Source of the DNA: Selaginella moellendorffii
Lineage: Eukaryota; Plantae; Lycopodiophyta
NCBI RefSeq assembly: GCF_000143415.4
Contig: NW_003314376.1
Span: forward strand, 208,844-272,843
DNA: 64,000 nt
Direction: 5' to 3'
The notes beneath the pieces were generated by a model. That model was not told the DNA's origin and ran no database searches. It worked only from the letters and a program-made list of their open reading frames with translations. A program made the translations under genes and the position numbers. This document shows, one piece after another, positions 22,463 through 37,030 of this stretch (position 1 is its first letter; every line of letters begins with the position of its first letter).

Positions 22463-23821
22463 GCACATTCTTTCGAAGTTTAAGCGCGTTTGCTTTCGGT
22501 CTCTGACAGCCCCTGAACAAACGAACGGAGAAATCGGGCACGCTTGATCAATCCAAAGAAACTAATCACTAAAAGCTTACCAGGTGATGGATTTTGTTTC
22601 GAGGATGACAAAACGGCCTCTTTCCATTCCTCGTATTCTAGGCATGTTGTCCTGCCTGGATCCTGCATGCAAACCAAACTAAAGTCTTTAGAACCTGGAA
22701 GTTGCAACAAGCAGATCGACGCCTTCCTACTGACCTCGAGATTCGTGGCATCCGACAGAGCTGCAGAAGAAATGCTCGCACTGTGAGATCAGGCCTTGCA
22801 GAAAAAATATCGAGTTCTTTGCATACCTCTCTTGCATCCTCTAGTTCTTGATTCGGATTTCTCTTTCTCAACACCGACCAAATCGAAGCAGATATCTGTC
22901 ATAGACGCGGCAACCTGTAGAAAAATAAAATCTAGAATCGGCAATACAATTGCTCGCTGGAGCTTACGTTGGAAAACTCAGGGTCCGACGTGCTAGACAC
23001 CTCCATCAATTTAGCTTTGTCAACTTTAAGCTGTTGAAACATACAATAAAAAGACAGTAAAACCGTGAAAAAAAGCATTGGAAACTGCTTGCCTTTTGCT
23101 TTCTCGCGCATAAATAAAACGCAACGCTGGTGAATACAGGGCGATCGAAATCAGCGCTTCGACGTCGTGCTTCTGGAAAAGTGGCCAAAAATCGCTCTTT
23201 GTATCTGGAGCAAAACGTAGAGAGAGCCCGTAAAGAAATAAACTAAAAGGAAAGAGGAAGCTCTTACGCTGCCAAGACTCTCTGGACAGCTTGTATGAGT
23301 CTCACGCATCCAAATTGCACAGCGAGCTCGCGCACATTCAAGCTTGTCCTGAAGAAAAAAATGTTATTCCCACATTTTTTTTCCATCTCTTTTCTTCCTG
23401 GCTTTGAAGAAATACCTGATACCAAGAGCATTCTGGACTGTGGTGAGTGATCTATTGTAAGCCTTATCAGAAAGGCCACTCAGCTTGATTCCCTTTTGCC
23501 GATCAAATGGAACTTGCATCCTGTCCGAGAAGAAAAGAAAGAAATAAACTCCACCCGCAAAGAAATGCAGATCTGGATACTTACATCGAGCACGCGATCT
23601 CGAAACAGAGCACGGATCGGCAGACATCGCCCTGGAATAACACACAAGAGCATTGGATACCCTCAAGTCACAGGCGGAAAGAAAGAAGCAAGCACACTCA
23701 CAATGCCAAATGCCGCCGCATCAAATTCCATCCGGCAGAGGTGCAGCAGCTCCTCCGCCTTGCGCAGCACTTCGCGATCGGCCGCCATTCCCAGCCGCCG
23801 CTCCAGCGCCTTCATCTCCAT
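22463..23821 (-). CDS. ORC6: ORC6 copy 2, about 10 exons; normal stop mutated TGA>TGC, so the frame extends to TGA at 22298-22300
   Basis: Exons: MEMKALERRL..FGI / GDVCRSVLCFEIACS / MQVPFDRQKGIKLSGLSDKAYNRSL / LNVRELAVQFGCVRLI / YKERFLA..ADFDRPVF..FYLCARKQK (GC donor) / LKVDKAKLMEV / SMTDICFDLVGVEKEK / EYEEWK / KQTRLNF; collinear with plant ORC6. Confidence 0.9.
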
Positions 23822-24149
23822 GGCGCGCGAAGAACCTCGCGTTTGGAAATAGGCGGGAAGATAACGAGTTAACCTAAACCGCGAGGGTTAGAGATAAACG
23901 AACATTAATGGTTTACTTTACGTCAACTATAGTCAACCTTGGCGTTGTAGCCACAATTTTATTTGGAACGATGGATGGATCATACAAAACTTTTTAAGAT
24001 TGTAGAAAGCTGCAGGGAATACAAGGACGACGAGAGTCCTTCATTTCTCGCAGTGAAGAACACAATCAAAAAAAGGAGATGGCCGAGTAGATCATATCTT
24101 GTTGAATGCAACGATGTCACAGCTTAGGATGTACTCCGCCACTGGGCCC

Positions 24150-25696
24150 TCATCAATCAAAAAGTATGTCACTTAAGGCTATTACTATTGTTTCATTTGA
24201 TCTAACTTTTGGTGTTGTGGGGTGTGATAATATTGGTATTGTGCCCATCCTTGATGTGTTGTTTGTTGGTCTCTAGCTTTTGTGGGATGTGATTATATGG
24301 TTTATCCTATTCTTAATGTTCTACCAATCTCCTATTGACGTGGAGTGTGATCGTGATATTGATTGGTGAGCTATGGATGATGCAGTTTAATTCTTGGAGA
24401 ATGTTTGAGGATCAAGTTTGTGGAAAGACAATTAATCTGGATATTGAGTGTATCCATGAAGTTGAGAATCTTGCTTTTATTTCATTGGTAGAGTATTTGA
24501 TTAGTTCTGGTATTGAGTATTTCCCTGTTCCAAGGGTTAAGTCACTTTAGCCAGAGTTTTGGGTTGAATGCATGTCCCCACTTGTGAGTGCTACTGAGAG
24601 CCTTTGCTTTACTATTACTTATGAGGAAATTATATATTCCCTTGAGAATGTGAATGTTGTTATTGATTTTCCCATATCAAGTGTTAAGTTGTGTGTTCAA
24701 AAGGTTAAGTGGTGTGAATCTTTTGCTTATATTGTGGCTGAAATATTTAACGAAAGGAAATCCCCTATTGACCAAGCTTTAAGCATATATTCTTTTAATT
24801 TTCCATTTTTGCATTGCCAGTTGTTGCAAATTCCTCTTCCAATGCTTTTCTATCTACTTTTTCTTCTTCCAAAATTGTTTTACCTCAATTTTTCTCGTTA
24901 ACTTTTTTTTGCCTTGACACTTCAAACTTTTTTTTCTTTAGAGGAGGGGGTAGAGGAGACGGATGGAAGTCCGGCCCCGATGATGGAGTGAGGATGAGCG
25001 AATACGATAGTGGAGCAAGGGCGAATGATATAGATTGTGGAGTGAGGACGAGCATAGCGAGTTTGAACGAAACATCCAGCCCCAATATAATGAGGCCGAA
25101 TAGATACGATAGTGGAGTGAGGCTGGACATAGATGGCAGAGTGAAGACGAGCACAGTAAGTCCAAAAGGAGCTACTGTTTCAAATTTTTTTTTCTTCGAG
25201 GAGGGGAGAAGGAGAATGTGAAAGACGAATGGAGTGAGTTTAACCTCTCCAATGCAAAGTTATGGTTGTGTGGTTGGTTTGAGCATTTAGGAGTTGCATA
25301 AAGAGTTGCAACTGGTTCATCAAAGTTCTATACTAGGCTAATGATTATGCCATAGCTTTAGATTTTATTTCAGTCATGGTTATTAGCAATTTTTATTGGT
25401 GGTTTTGTGGGAGTTTTAGATTCTTGTAGTAATTTATAATTGCCCAACAGAAGCTCCAGATGTTCCACTTGACTTATTATTATCACCTTTTCATCTTCCA
25501 AAAGGGAGGATGGTGTAAAGTTTGTAAATACATATATGTATATATATGTATTACCCTAGCTAGGTAATGCACTAATTATAGTAGTATAACATATCGACTG
25601 TCCATTTAGGACTAAATATAATCTATCCATTCTTGTATATAAGTAGGGGCCTAAATTTTAATTAATATACTTCTTCCTTTATTCTGAGTACTCACA
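24150..25696 (+). mobile_element. Family C non-autonomous LTR element remnant with 3' LTR 25514-25696
   Basis: Homologous to 483-2309 with a ~320-bp internal deletion; PPT plus LTR followed by ATAT. Confidence 0.7.
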
Positions 25697-27381
25697 ATAT
25701 ATATTTTATATATTATATGGCTTTTGGGATGGATCCAAATCTTAAAATTTGGATTCACTGCAATATCTTAATATGGGCGGGTTTATGACATAGGAAAAGA
25801 ACTAGATATTGGTATTATATTTGAATTTGATATATATTTATAAATAAACATTTACTTATAAATTACTCATAAAATAACAAAGGACATTTTTTAAAGTTAC
25901 ACTCAAATGGATTTTATAGTAATAAATGTATATTCAGTAATACTAAATATAGTGAATTTATTCTGTAAATTAGGTCAGAAGGTAAAACCTCTATTAAATA
26001 GGAAATATTGCCACTCAGATCTAAATATTATTTAAATTTTAATTTTTTAAAAATACCTGTTTAATAAAAATATTTCCACGAAAACATTAAGAAATTATTC
26101 TTTCGTGTACCAGAATATTTGAAAATATTTTTAATGACTCCTTTTGCTCTCTCTATTATCAGATCTGTATAGGACTACATTAAGTTGTACATTCTTGAGG
26201 TCAGTAGGAAGGCATTGATTTGCTTGTTACAACTTACAAGTTCCAAAGGCATTAGTTTGGTTTTGGTACAAGATCCAGGCAGGACAACATGCTTGGAATA
26301 CAAGGAATGGAGAGAGGCCACCTTGAAACAAAATCCATCACCTAGTAAGCTTTTAATAATTAGTTTCTTTGGATTGATCAAGCATGCCCAATATCTCTAT
26401 TTGTTTGTTCAGAAAAGCAAATGCACTTAAATTTTGAAAGAATGTGAAGGTGACGTTTCCAATTTTGAACTTTTGTAAGAAAAACAAGTTACTCATTTTA
26501 AAAGACTTTTAGCTATACAAATATGTAGCTAAATATGTTTACTAGCAAACCAAAATACCAATTAATATTAGTGTTTAGACAATTTGATTGGTACAGAAGA
26601 CCATACCAGTTGATTTATATTGTGTTGGTTTTACCAATTGCTTTACTCCTCTTGCATAACACTGCAAAGCAAAACACTATCCCTCTTCCTCCTCCTCTTG
26701 TGATTACTATTACTATAATATGTATTATTATTATAAGCATTAGTAACATTCTTCATGGTTGCCTGCAGATGCAGCTTCTTGGCTATAGGAACTTGCTGGA
26801 GATGGTGGGATTTCCAAAGCTCATCTCTCAAAAGGCTCTTGAAATGCAACAAAAGCTGCCAGAATCTCCAAGGATGAGTATTAGAATGGTGAAGAGAAAA
26901 GTTTAGCATTTTTGTTTCTTTGCTAAGGCGAGATAGCTCAGATGGTAGAGCGCTTGCCATCAAAATATGTTTGATTATTGGATCGTTCCAGGCGTTTTGA
27001 CCGATTTTACTGGTGTTGACCTTTGGGGAGCTATGGATGGATGTTGCACCGTGAGACTGTCAACAGAGCCATGCATAGATATTTATCTTGTGTTTCTTTT
27101 TCCCACTTTTTTGCAAACGAGTAAAAAAGTTTCGTTCACTGCAAGTACATTAGGATTGAGCCTGGAAAGGAGTTGCCATCAAATTAAAGATGTCTTATCT
27201 TTTTGAAATATTGAGCACTTCGTGATTGTGAGATTAAATCGCTGTTCACATCTAGGTTTGGGCTCTTTGGCATGCTCAGTTNNNNNNNNNNNNNNNNNNN
27301 NNNNNNNNNNNNNNNNNNNNNNNNNNNNNNNNNNNNNNNNNNNNNNNNNNNNNNNNNNNNNNNNNNNNNNNNNNNNNNNNN

Positions 27382-27995
27382 GTATTTGACGAGCATTCTT
27401 CCACTTGTCCGAGTGGAGTCTGCCGAACAGTTAGGCCGCGTACAAGTGGGACAACAACGGCGATACAACTCCTATTATTGTCCACCTACGGAGTACAAAG
27501 TGCATGATTTAGTATTAGTCCGTTTTCCCCATCTTACGGTACGTGGTTTATCTAAAGGGCTCCTTGCGCAGTGGAAAGGACTGTATCGGGTGTTGTGGCA
27601 AGTTCAACCACAAGTTTATGAGGTTTGGCATGAGGTCCAATAGGCCGATCCTCCAGAGATTGTGCATGTGTAGCGGTTGAAACGCTTCATACAAAGGGAT
27701 CAAAAGCAGTTAATACCACCTACAGATCCGCCGATGCCTCCTCCTAACGTTTTTCCAGATCCCGGCCCATCTACAAGAGAACCCTGATAGTCTTTCATTA
27801 TTCCGAGAGGAGGGGATGATGTGACAGCCAAGTGTACGGTTACGATGCCGTATACTAATATTAGTGTAGTGGGATTTTGGTAGCTGTCGGATTGGTTTCA
27901 ATCCGAACCACTCACTCTTGTATATAAGCTAGGGTTTTTTGGGCTAATGGATATGCACATTTCTGTATTCCCTTTCCATATTCCAAGCACTCACA
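27382..27995 (+). mobile_element. Ty3/gypsy 3' end after an assembly gap: integrase C-terminus, PPT 27805-27819, 3' LTR 27820-27995
   Basis: LVLVRFPHLTVRGLSKGLLAQWKG; GAGAGGAGGGGATGA then TGTGAC...CACTCACA then ATAT. Confidence 0.9.
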
Positions 27996-29595
27996 ATATA
28001 TATTTATAAATAAACATTTACTTATAAATTACTCATAAAATAACAAAGGACATTTTTTAAAGTTACACTCAAATGGATTTTATAGTAATAAATGTATATT
28101 CAGTAATAATAAATATAGTGAATTTATTCTGTAAATTAGGTCAGAAGGTAAAACCTCTATTAAATAGGAAATATTGCCACTCAGATCTAAATATTATTTA
28201 AATTTAAATTTTTTAAAAATACCTGTTTAATAAAAATATTGCCATGAAAACATTAAGAAATTATTCTTTTGTGTACCAGAATATTTGAAAATATTTTTAA
28301 TGACTCCTTTTGCTCTCTCTATTATCAGATCTGTATAGGACTACATTAAGTTGTACATTCTTGAGGTCAGTAGGAAGGCATTGATTTGCTTGTTACAACT
28401 TACAAGTTCCAAAGGCATTAGTTTGGTTTTGGTACAAGATCCAGGCAGGACAACATGCTTGGAATACAAGGAATGGAGAGAGGCCACCTTGAAACAAAAT
28501 CCATCACCTAGTAAGCTTTTAATAATTAGTTTCTTTGGATTGATCAAGCATGCCCAATATCTCTATTTGTTTGTTCAGAAAAGCAAATGCACTTAAATTT
28601 TGAAAGAATGTGAAGGTGACGTTTCCAATTTTGAACTTTTGTAAGAAAAACAAGTTACTCATTTTAAAAGACTTTTAGCTATACAAATATGTAGCTAAAT
28701 ATGTTTACTAGCAAACCAAAATACCAATTAATATTAGTGTTTAGACAATTTGATTGGTACAGAAGACCATACCAGTTGATTTATATTGTGTTGGTTTTAC
28801 CAATTGCTTTACTCCTCTTGCATAACACTGCAAAGCAAAACACTATCCCTCTTCCTCCTCCTCTTGTGATTACTATTACTATAATATGTATTATTATTAT
28901 AAGCATTAGTAACATTCTTCATGGTTGCCTGCAGATGCAGCTTCTTGGCTATAGGAACTTGCTGGAGATGGTGGGATTTCCAAAGCTCATCTCTCAAAAG
29001 GCTCTTGAAATGCAACAAAAGCTGCCAGAATCTCCAAGGATGAGTATTAGAATGGTGAAGAGAAAAGTTTAGCATTTTTGTTTCTTTGCTAAGGCGAGAT
29101 AGCTCAGATGGTAGAGCGCTTGCCATCAAAATATGTTTGATTATTGGATCGTTCCAGGCGTTTTGACCGATTTTACTGGTGTTGACCTTTGGGGAGCTAT
29201 GGATGGATGTTGCACCGTGAGACTGTCAACAGAGCCATGCATAGATATTTATCTTGTGTTTCTTTTTCCCACTTTTTTGCAAACGAGTAAAAAAGTTTCG
29301 TTCACTGCAAGTACATTAGGATTGAGCCTGGAAAGGAGTTGCCATCAAATTAAAGATGTCTTATCTTTTTGAAATATTGAGCACTTCGTGATTGTGAGAT
29401 TAAATCGCTGTTCACATCTAGGTTTGGGCTCTTTGGCATGCTCAGTTCAAGTCCGACAATCCACAGCGTCACAAGCTCTTGTTTTTTTCACAAAGCCAAA
29501 AGTACCTCTTTATTTTCTATTTTCTAAGTCAAGGGTTAGGTTATAATCTTTCTCGCTTGGATTTTTCTATTGTCGAAGCTCTCGTCAGGTAAGCT

Positions 29596-30351
29596 ATGGT
29601 CTCTCGCGCTCACGCCGCCCCAACGCTTGCCCGCCGAGCTCCACCCTGGCATGGCGGCCATCACCGAGCTTCACACCCGCGAGCTCCAGCTCTAGCTCCA
29701 GCACATCCACCACACCACCATGGACACCATCCTCGAGGAGCCCACGAGCCAGTGCCAGGTTTAGCTCCAGTTCTTCAAGGTGACGCTCCAGTTCGAGCCC
29801 CAGCGCCAGCTGCTTTCGTTCACCCTGCTCGCGGCCACCCTGCTCATCTAGCTCCAGCGCCTGATGCTCGCCACCACGATCCAGCTCCAGCAGCAGCAGT
29901 GTACCATCATCATCACGGTGATGGAGCTCCTCTGGTTGTTCACCACCATCACCATGGTCACCACCATGGAGGACGCCACAACCACCACCACCACCACCAC
30001 CACCACCACCATCGTCGCGAGGGTCACGACGCAGCAGTGGCCACACCAACACCCGCAGCAGTAGTTACAGTGGTTCGGAGGACGCCGTGGTCGCTGCTCC
30101 AGCTTCTTCTGTGGGTTTTGGTTGCGATCTTGGTGCTGCTCGCATTCTTTTTGCTCGTGCGATGGATGTTCTCTCGGAGGAAGCAGCGCAGTAATGCGAT
30201 CTTTCAGGATCCCGGGTGGCAGATCGAAGTTGTGGTGGACGATTCTCTGACTGAGAAGAAACAGCTGGAAGCTCACACTCGTGGTTCGCACAGCAATGGC
30301 ACTCTGGGATTCTCCTCAAAGTGTCCTGCCAACACTGGCAGTGACGCGTAA
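29596..30351 (+). CDS. His/Pro/Ala-rich single-pass membrane protein (copy 2, 251 aa)
   Basis: As 9008-9763 with in-frame indels only. Confidence 0.7.
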   Translation: MVSRAHAAPTLARRAPPWHGGHHRASHPRAPALAPAHPPHHHGHHPRGAHEPVPGLAPVLQGDAPVRAPAPAAFVHPARGHPAHLAPAPDARHHDPAPAAAVYHHHHGDGAPLVVHHHHHGHHHGGRHNHHHHHHHHHHRREGHDAAVATPTPAAVVTVVRRTPWSLLQLLLWVLVAILVLLAFFLLVRWMFSRRKQRSNAIFQDPGWQIEVVVDDSLTEKKQLEAHTRGSHSNGTLGFSSKCPANTGSDA

Positions 30352-33300
30352 GTCAGCACAGTGCATGCCTTGTCACATGGAAGATTGTGTACAAACAATC
30401 TTCAAGGAGATGAAGTTGCAGAGGAAGAAGACAGCAGGGTCTTGCTCACGGACGGTGAAGATCACATACAAGGGTCCACTGGTGGAAGTCACCAGACTTG
30501 GAAGTTATTGCGCAGCTGGCTCGGAACATGGACTAGAAAGTAGAGCAGGAACCTACCAAGTTTCGATTTGACTGAGCTATCCTCTAGAGGTGACGGGGGA
30601 GCAGACGTTAGTGCACCTCCAAAGGCCAGAGAAGTTGCTTGAGACGAAAGGTTTGAGAAAAGGTAACGTACTACTTTTGCTCTCTGTTCTTGCAGGTGCT
30701 CAAATCTCAACTTCGATGAGAAGAAGCAGAGCAGGGCATAGCGGCCAGATAGGTTTCTCCAGAGTCAAGAGCATCATAAGCCAGGAATCAAGCAAGTGCA
30801 AAATTGTGGAAGTATGGTCGAAGTCTACACTGCGGCTTGCAACACAGGTTGTTTGACAGGATGGGACGAAGAACAGGATAGGTTGGTCTACCTCGCAAAT
30901 TAACCCAATGCATTCGTCGCAAGCAGCCTCGTGGACATGTTGAAGCATCAGAAGTGTTCAGGAGGTCAAAGAAACACGACGTTGGTTGCCTGGAACATGA
31001 TCATCATGGGACATGCACGTCTTCTATCAGATGCAACGAGAAGCTGGCCTGCCTCCAAACGCTGAGACTTTGCATGGAGCAGCAAAACGTCGTTTCCTGG
31101 GATTTGCCAAGAACAACCTTTGCTCTTGAGTGCTATGAGCAAGCCGCAGACTTTCATGGTGGCGCTCAAGGCATGCGGTGACTTAGCAGAGAAGAGGCTC
31201 CACTCGCAGATCTGGGAGAGAAATCTGGAGGGAATCCACTACTCAGCGTGGTCGCTCAATGAGAGAAAAGCTTTTCTTGGGAGGTCGGTAAACATTGCAA
31301 GGAAAGAGTGTCATGCAAGGTTGATGGAGCCGTCAATTAAAGATGGTACCTGAAAAGACGTGAAAGGATCCTAGCTGGCATGATAAAAAATATGAGAGAA
31401 AATACTTATCTCTTAATTAATTTGCTGTGAGTAATTTAGTTATAAACTTATTTAAGATTAATATTATAGTAGAATAAACAAAAATATACTAGAATGTGTT
31501 TATACGGAAGTTTATAAATTATTAAAAAAAAAGATTAATCTAAATGAGCAACCAACTATAAGATATTAAAATATAATAGAATCTCCAAGCATAATTTAAG
31601 TATATTCAATACCACCATAGGTTTGCTGAAGCAAACCAGTTATGGATCTATAGTGTTTGGTCACTTTAAACCTATAGAAGCTTATTCACAAACCTATTTA
31701 CATTATTATATAGAACTTTTTTCCCAAAACTTCTTTGACTAAACCCGTATTAAAACTTGGGACTTAAGTTCCTCCTAGATTTTGTTGTTGATTAGATGTT
31801 ATGTTTTTCTTTCAACCATGCTCTGTACAAATATACAAACTTTATAATTATAATTCAAGTTCTTTAAATCTTTTTTAATTTCATATTAGTAGACGAGAAA
31901 TAACAAACATATGAACATTACAAATACTTGGTTAAAGGAAGCAAACATAGCATACTCAAAAGCATTATAGTTGAAAGTAAAAAATAGCCATCAAACAGGA
32001 ATACCATCATTATGAGTATATAATTCTCAAGTATGGAAGAAATATTATAAATGGGAAGCTTTACAACATCATAAACAACTAATTCCCGAGTTGCAATTAC
32101 ATATAAACATTAAAATTCTGAAATCTTTCATCCTTTGCATAGGATGGATCCAAATGTTAAAGTTTGGATTCATAATGTCTTAACATGAGGTGAAAAAAAG
32201 AGATATTGGTATTGTATTTGAAACTAAAATAAACTTTATCTATAAATTACACTGAAAACAATATAGGGCATTTCTTATAATTACACTCAAAGAGAGAGTT
32301 AAATTCTTCAATAGAAGAAAAACGTGCAACCATCACGAAACTTAAATGTATCAACGACCTTGTCTAGATCAGCTGAAAGAAGGCACAAAGAAACTTGCCA
32401 AGCATCAGCAAGACAAAAGCACACAATTTACTTTGGACAACTCTCTATCACGAAATCAAAAAAGATTTAAAGAACTTGAATCATAGTTACAAAGTTGTAC
32501 ATTTGTACAGGACAGAATGTAACATCTAATCTACTTGGAGAAGCTTGAGTCCCAAGTTTTCAAGTTAAGTTTAAGTGACCAAACACCATAGATATATAAT
32601 TTCCTATATAAATAACCATTTGTGAAATGAGCATGATTGTCTCTGATATTTTTATCTTTTGACCATGGTGTGCCCCCTAAGATCCTTTCGCCTGTTTTCA
32701 TCTTTGTTTGGGTTTTGTTGATGGCTCCATCAATCTTGCATTACACTCTTTCTCCATTTTCCTCACAAAGTTTACCAACAAGCTCCCGAGATGAGCAACA
32801 CCTCCTAATACCCTCTCCACAATAAGATTGTATGTCCATTCCCGTCCCTGAAATAACATGTCATTGATGAAAAAGTCAAAGAACAAGGTAAGGAGATAAG
32901 CTCCAGAGCCTTCACAGCTTTTCATGAAACTACCAAGCTTCAGTTTCGCCTTCACAAGGAGGTATTTGGCTTATGTGATGCTTAGGCCAAGATGGTCGAG
33001 CTAGTTAGAAGTCTCTGACTTCAAGCTGTTTTAGCTATAAGATGAAACAAAAAAGCTATGAACTAAAAATTATAGTACCTATGAACATCATGCTTTGTAA
33101 GGCACTCTCCAGGTACTTCAAATGAGTAGTGCAAGAGGAAGTGCCGGAGTAATACTGAACTTGGGGCAGAAAACTTCTTGAGAGGCAGCCACGTCTCCAC
33201 ACTTCCTATAGAATGTGATGAGTGAGCACGCGAGTAGTGGATTCCGTCCAGATTTCTCTTCCAGATCTGCGAGTGGAGCCTCTTCGCCTAAGTCGCCCCG

Positions 33301-34217
33301 TGCCTTGAGCGCCACCACGAAAGTCTGAGCGTTTGGCTGCTGGCTTGCTCATAGCGCTCGAGAGCAAAGGTTGTTCTCGGTGTATCCCAGGAAAGGATGT
33401 TTTGCTCAGCGTGAGGTAGGCCAGCTTCTCGTGCATCCGATAGAAGAAGTGCATGTCCCATGATGATCGTGTTCCAGACATGTTTCTTCGTCCTCCCGAA
33501 CACTTCTGACGCTTCCACATGTCCACGAGGCTGCTTGCGACAAATGCATCAGCTTCGTATTCACAATTTGTGAGGCAAGAGTGTTGCTTTCCAGGTAGAC
33601 CAACCTATCCTGTTCATCGTCCCATCCTGTTGAACAACCTGTGTTGCAAGCCGCAGTGTGGACTTCGACCATACTTTCACAATTGCACTTGCTTGATTCC
33701 CCGCTTGTGATGCTCTTGACTCTGGAGAAACTTATCTGGCCACTATGCCCTGTACTGCTTCTTCTCATCAAAGTTGAGATTTGAGCGCCTGCAAGAATAG
33801 AGAGCAAAAGTAGTACGTTACATTTTCTCAAACCNNNNNNNNNNNNNNNNNNNNNNNNNNNNNNNNNNNNNNNNNNNNNNNNNNNNNNNNNNNNNNNNNN
33901 NNNNNNNNNNNNNNNNNNNNNNNNNNNNNNNNNNGCACCAACGTCTGCTCCCTTGTCACCTCTAGATGATAGCTCGTAAATCCTTCATCAAATCGAAACT
34001 TGGTAGGTTCTTGCTCTACCTTCCAATCCATGTTCCGAGCCAGTTGTGTCATAACTTCCAAGTCTGGCGACTTCCACCAGTCAACCCTTGTATGTGATCT
34101 CTGGGTGAGATCACTGTCAGTGAGCAAGAGCCTACTGTCTTCTTGCTCTGCGACTTCATCTCCTTGAAGATTGATTCTACACAATCTTCCCTGTGACAAC
34201 ACATGCACTGTGCTGAC

Positions 34218-34436
34218 TTACGTGTCACTGCCAGTGTTGGCAGGACACTTTGCGGAGAATTCCAGTGTACCATTGCTGTGGGAACTACGAGTGTGAGCAT
34301 CCAGCTGTTTCTTCTCAGTCGGCGAATCGTCCACCACAACTGCCAGATGATCCGTCACTTCGATCTGCCACCCGGGCTCCGTAAAGATCGCATTCCTGCG
34401 CTGCTTCCTTTGAGATAACATGCATCGCTCAATCAC
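34218..34436 (-). pseudogene. Block-B paralogue of the membrane protein's cytoplasmic tail only (also 43087-43308)
   Basis: RKQRRNAIFTEPGWQIEV..VVVDDSPTEKKQLDAHTR..CPANTGSDT; His-rich ectodomain and TM absent. Confidence 0.7.
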
Positions 34437-35078
34437 GAAATGCTCTCCACAGTATAGGTATGATATTTCAAAAAGAGAAATGGATATCTTTCCAATCCTA
34501 ATGTCCTACTTGCAGTGACACGCCACTTTGCATACTTTGAATAACGAAACTCTTTTTTTTTCTCGTTTTTCAACTTAGCACTCATTGAATGGGATCATGG
34601 AGACACAAGCCATCAGCGTGCACAAACTACTTCCTCTACAGGAAACTGGGGAAAAGAAACACGAGATAAATATCTATCCATTGCTGTTTTGATAGTCTCA
34701 CGGTGAGATGCAAAAATGAAAGTTGGATTATCTTTGTCAGGTAGATGGCATCCTTGTTGTCTTCACGCTCCTGCCTACCAGTCTTCTTTTTCTCGGCCGG
34801 TGGAGGTCTGTTATTATGGCTGCCTCTATTGCAGACACAACATATCAAAGTAGTTTCAATAATGTCAGAGGCAAAAGCAAAAGAATTAACCCATCTGGGT
34901 ACTGGAATAAAAGCCAGTTTGTCACAGACGGTAGAGCAGCAATCCAGTGACCCAACAGTGGAGGGAACTGGCACCATCCGGTTTTACTTCTTCATCGTGG
35001 ATCCCTAGATCCTCAAGTGGTCAACCATAGTCAACACCAGTAAAATCGGTCAAAATGCTTGGAATGATTGAAAATAGT

Positions 35079-35151
35079 TGGAGATGCCAGGTATCAATCC
35101 CGGTGCCTCTCGCATGCTAAGTGAGCACTCTACCATCTGAACTACATCCCC
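35079..35151 (-). tRNA. tRNA-Ala(AGC)-derived, likely pseudogene
   Basis: Full length, but T-loop ATCGA>ATTGA and D-stem and anticodon-stem substitutions. Confidence 0.7.
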
Positions 35152-35724
35152 TTAGCATAGAAACAAAAATGCAAAGCTTTTCTCTTCACCATTCTAGTAC
35201 TCATCCTTGGAGATTCTAGTGTCTTTTTTGTCACATTTCAAGAGTTTTTTGATTGATTCTAGAGCTCTAGCTATGGAGGAAAGTACTCCAGTTCTGCTGT
35301 GTAGTGTTAGTTATCCAAAACCAAAAGATATACCATGTATTTGGTTAGTTGGGTAAAATTGATGTATTTGGAGTTTTAAACTTTAGATGAAACAAGCTTT
35401 AAATTGGAAAAGAACACTTTACAACAATAACAATAAGGTAAACATTAGCAGTTTCTCAAGAAATTCTAAAAATGAGAAAAAATAAATCTGTGAAAATTAT
35501 AAATGCATAATCAAATGAAGCAAAGGCAACATACTTAAGGGCATTATAGTTAAAGGCAAAAGTTAAAAGTCTTAACATTAAACAACAATACCATCATTAC
35601 AAGTATATAATTTTCAATTATGGAATTGATACTATAAATAAGAAGATTTACAACATCACAATAAACTAATTCCCATACATATACTTCCTACATTTGGTGA
35701 GTCTTTAATCCCTTATAAACATAT

Positions 35725-37030
<1,306 letters not shown>

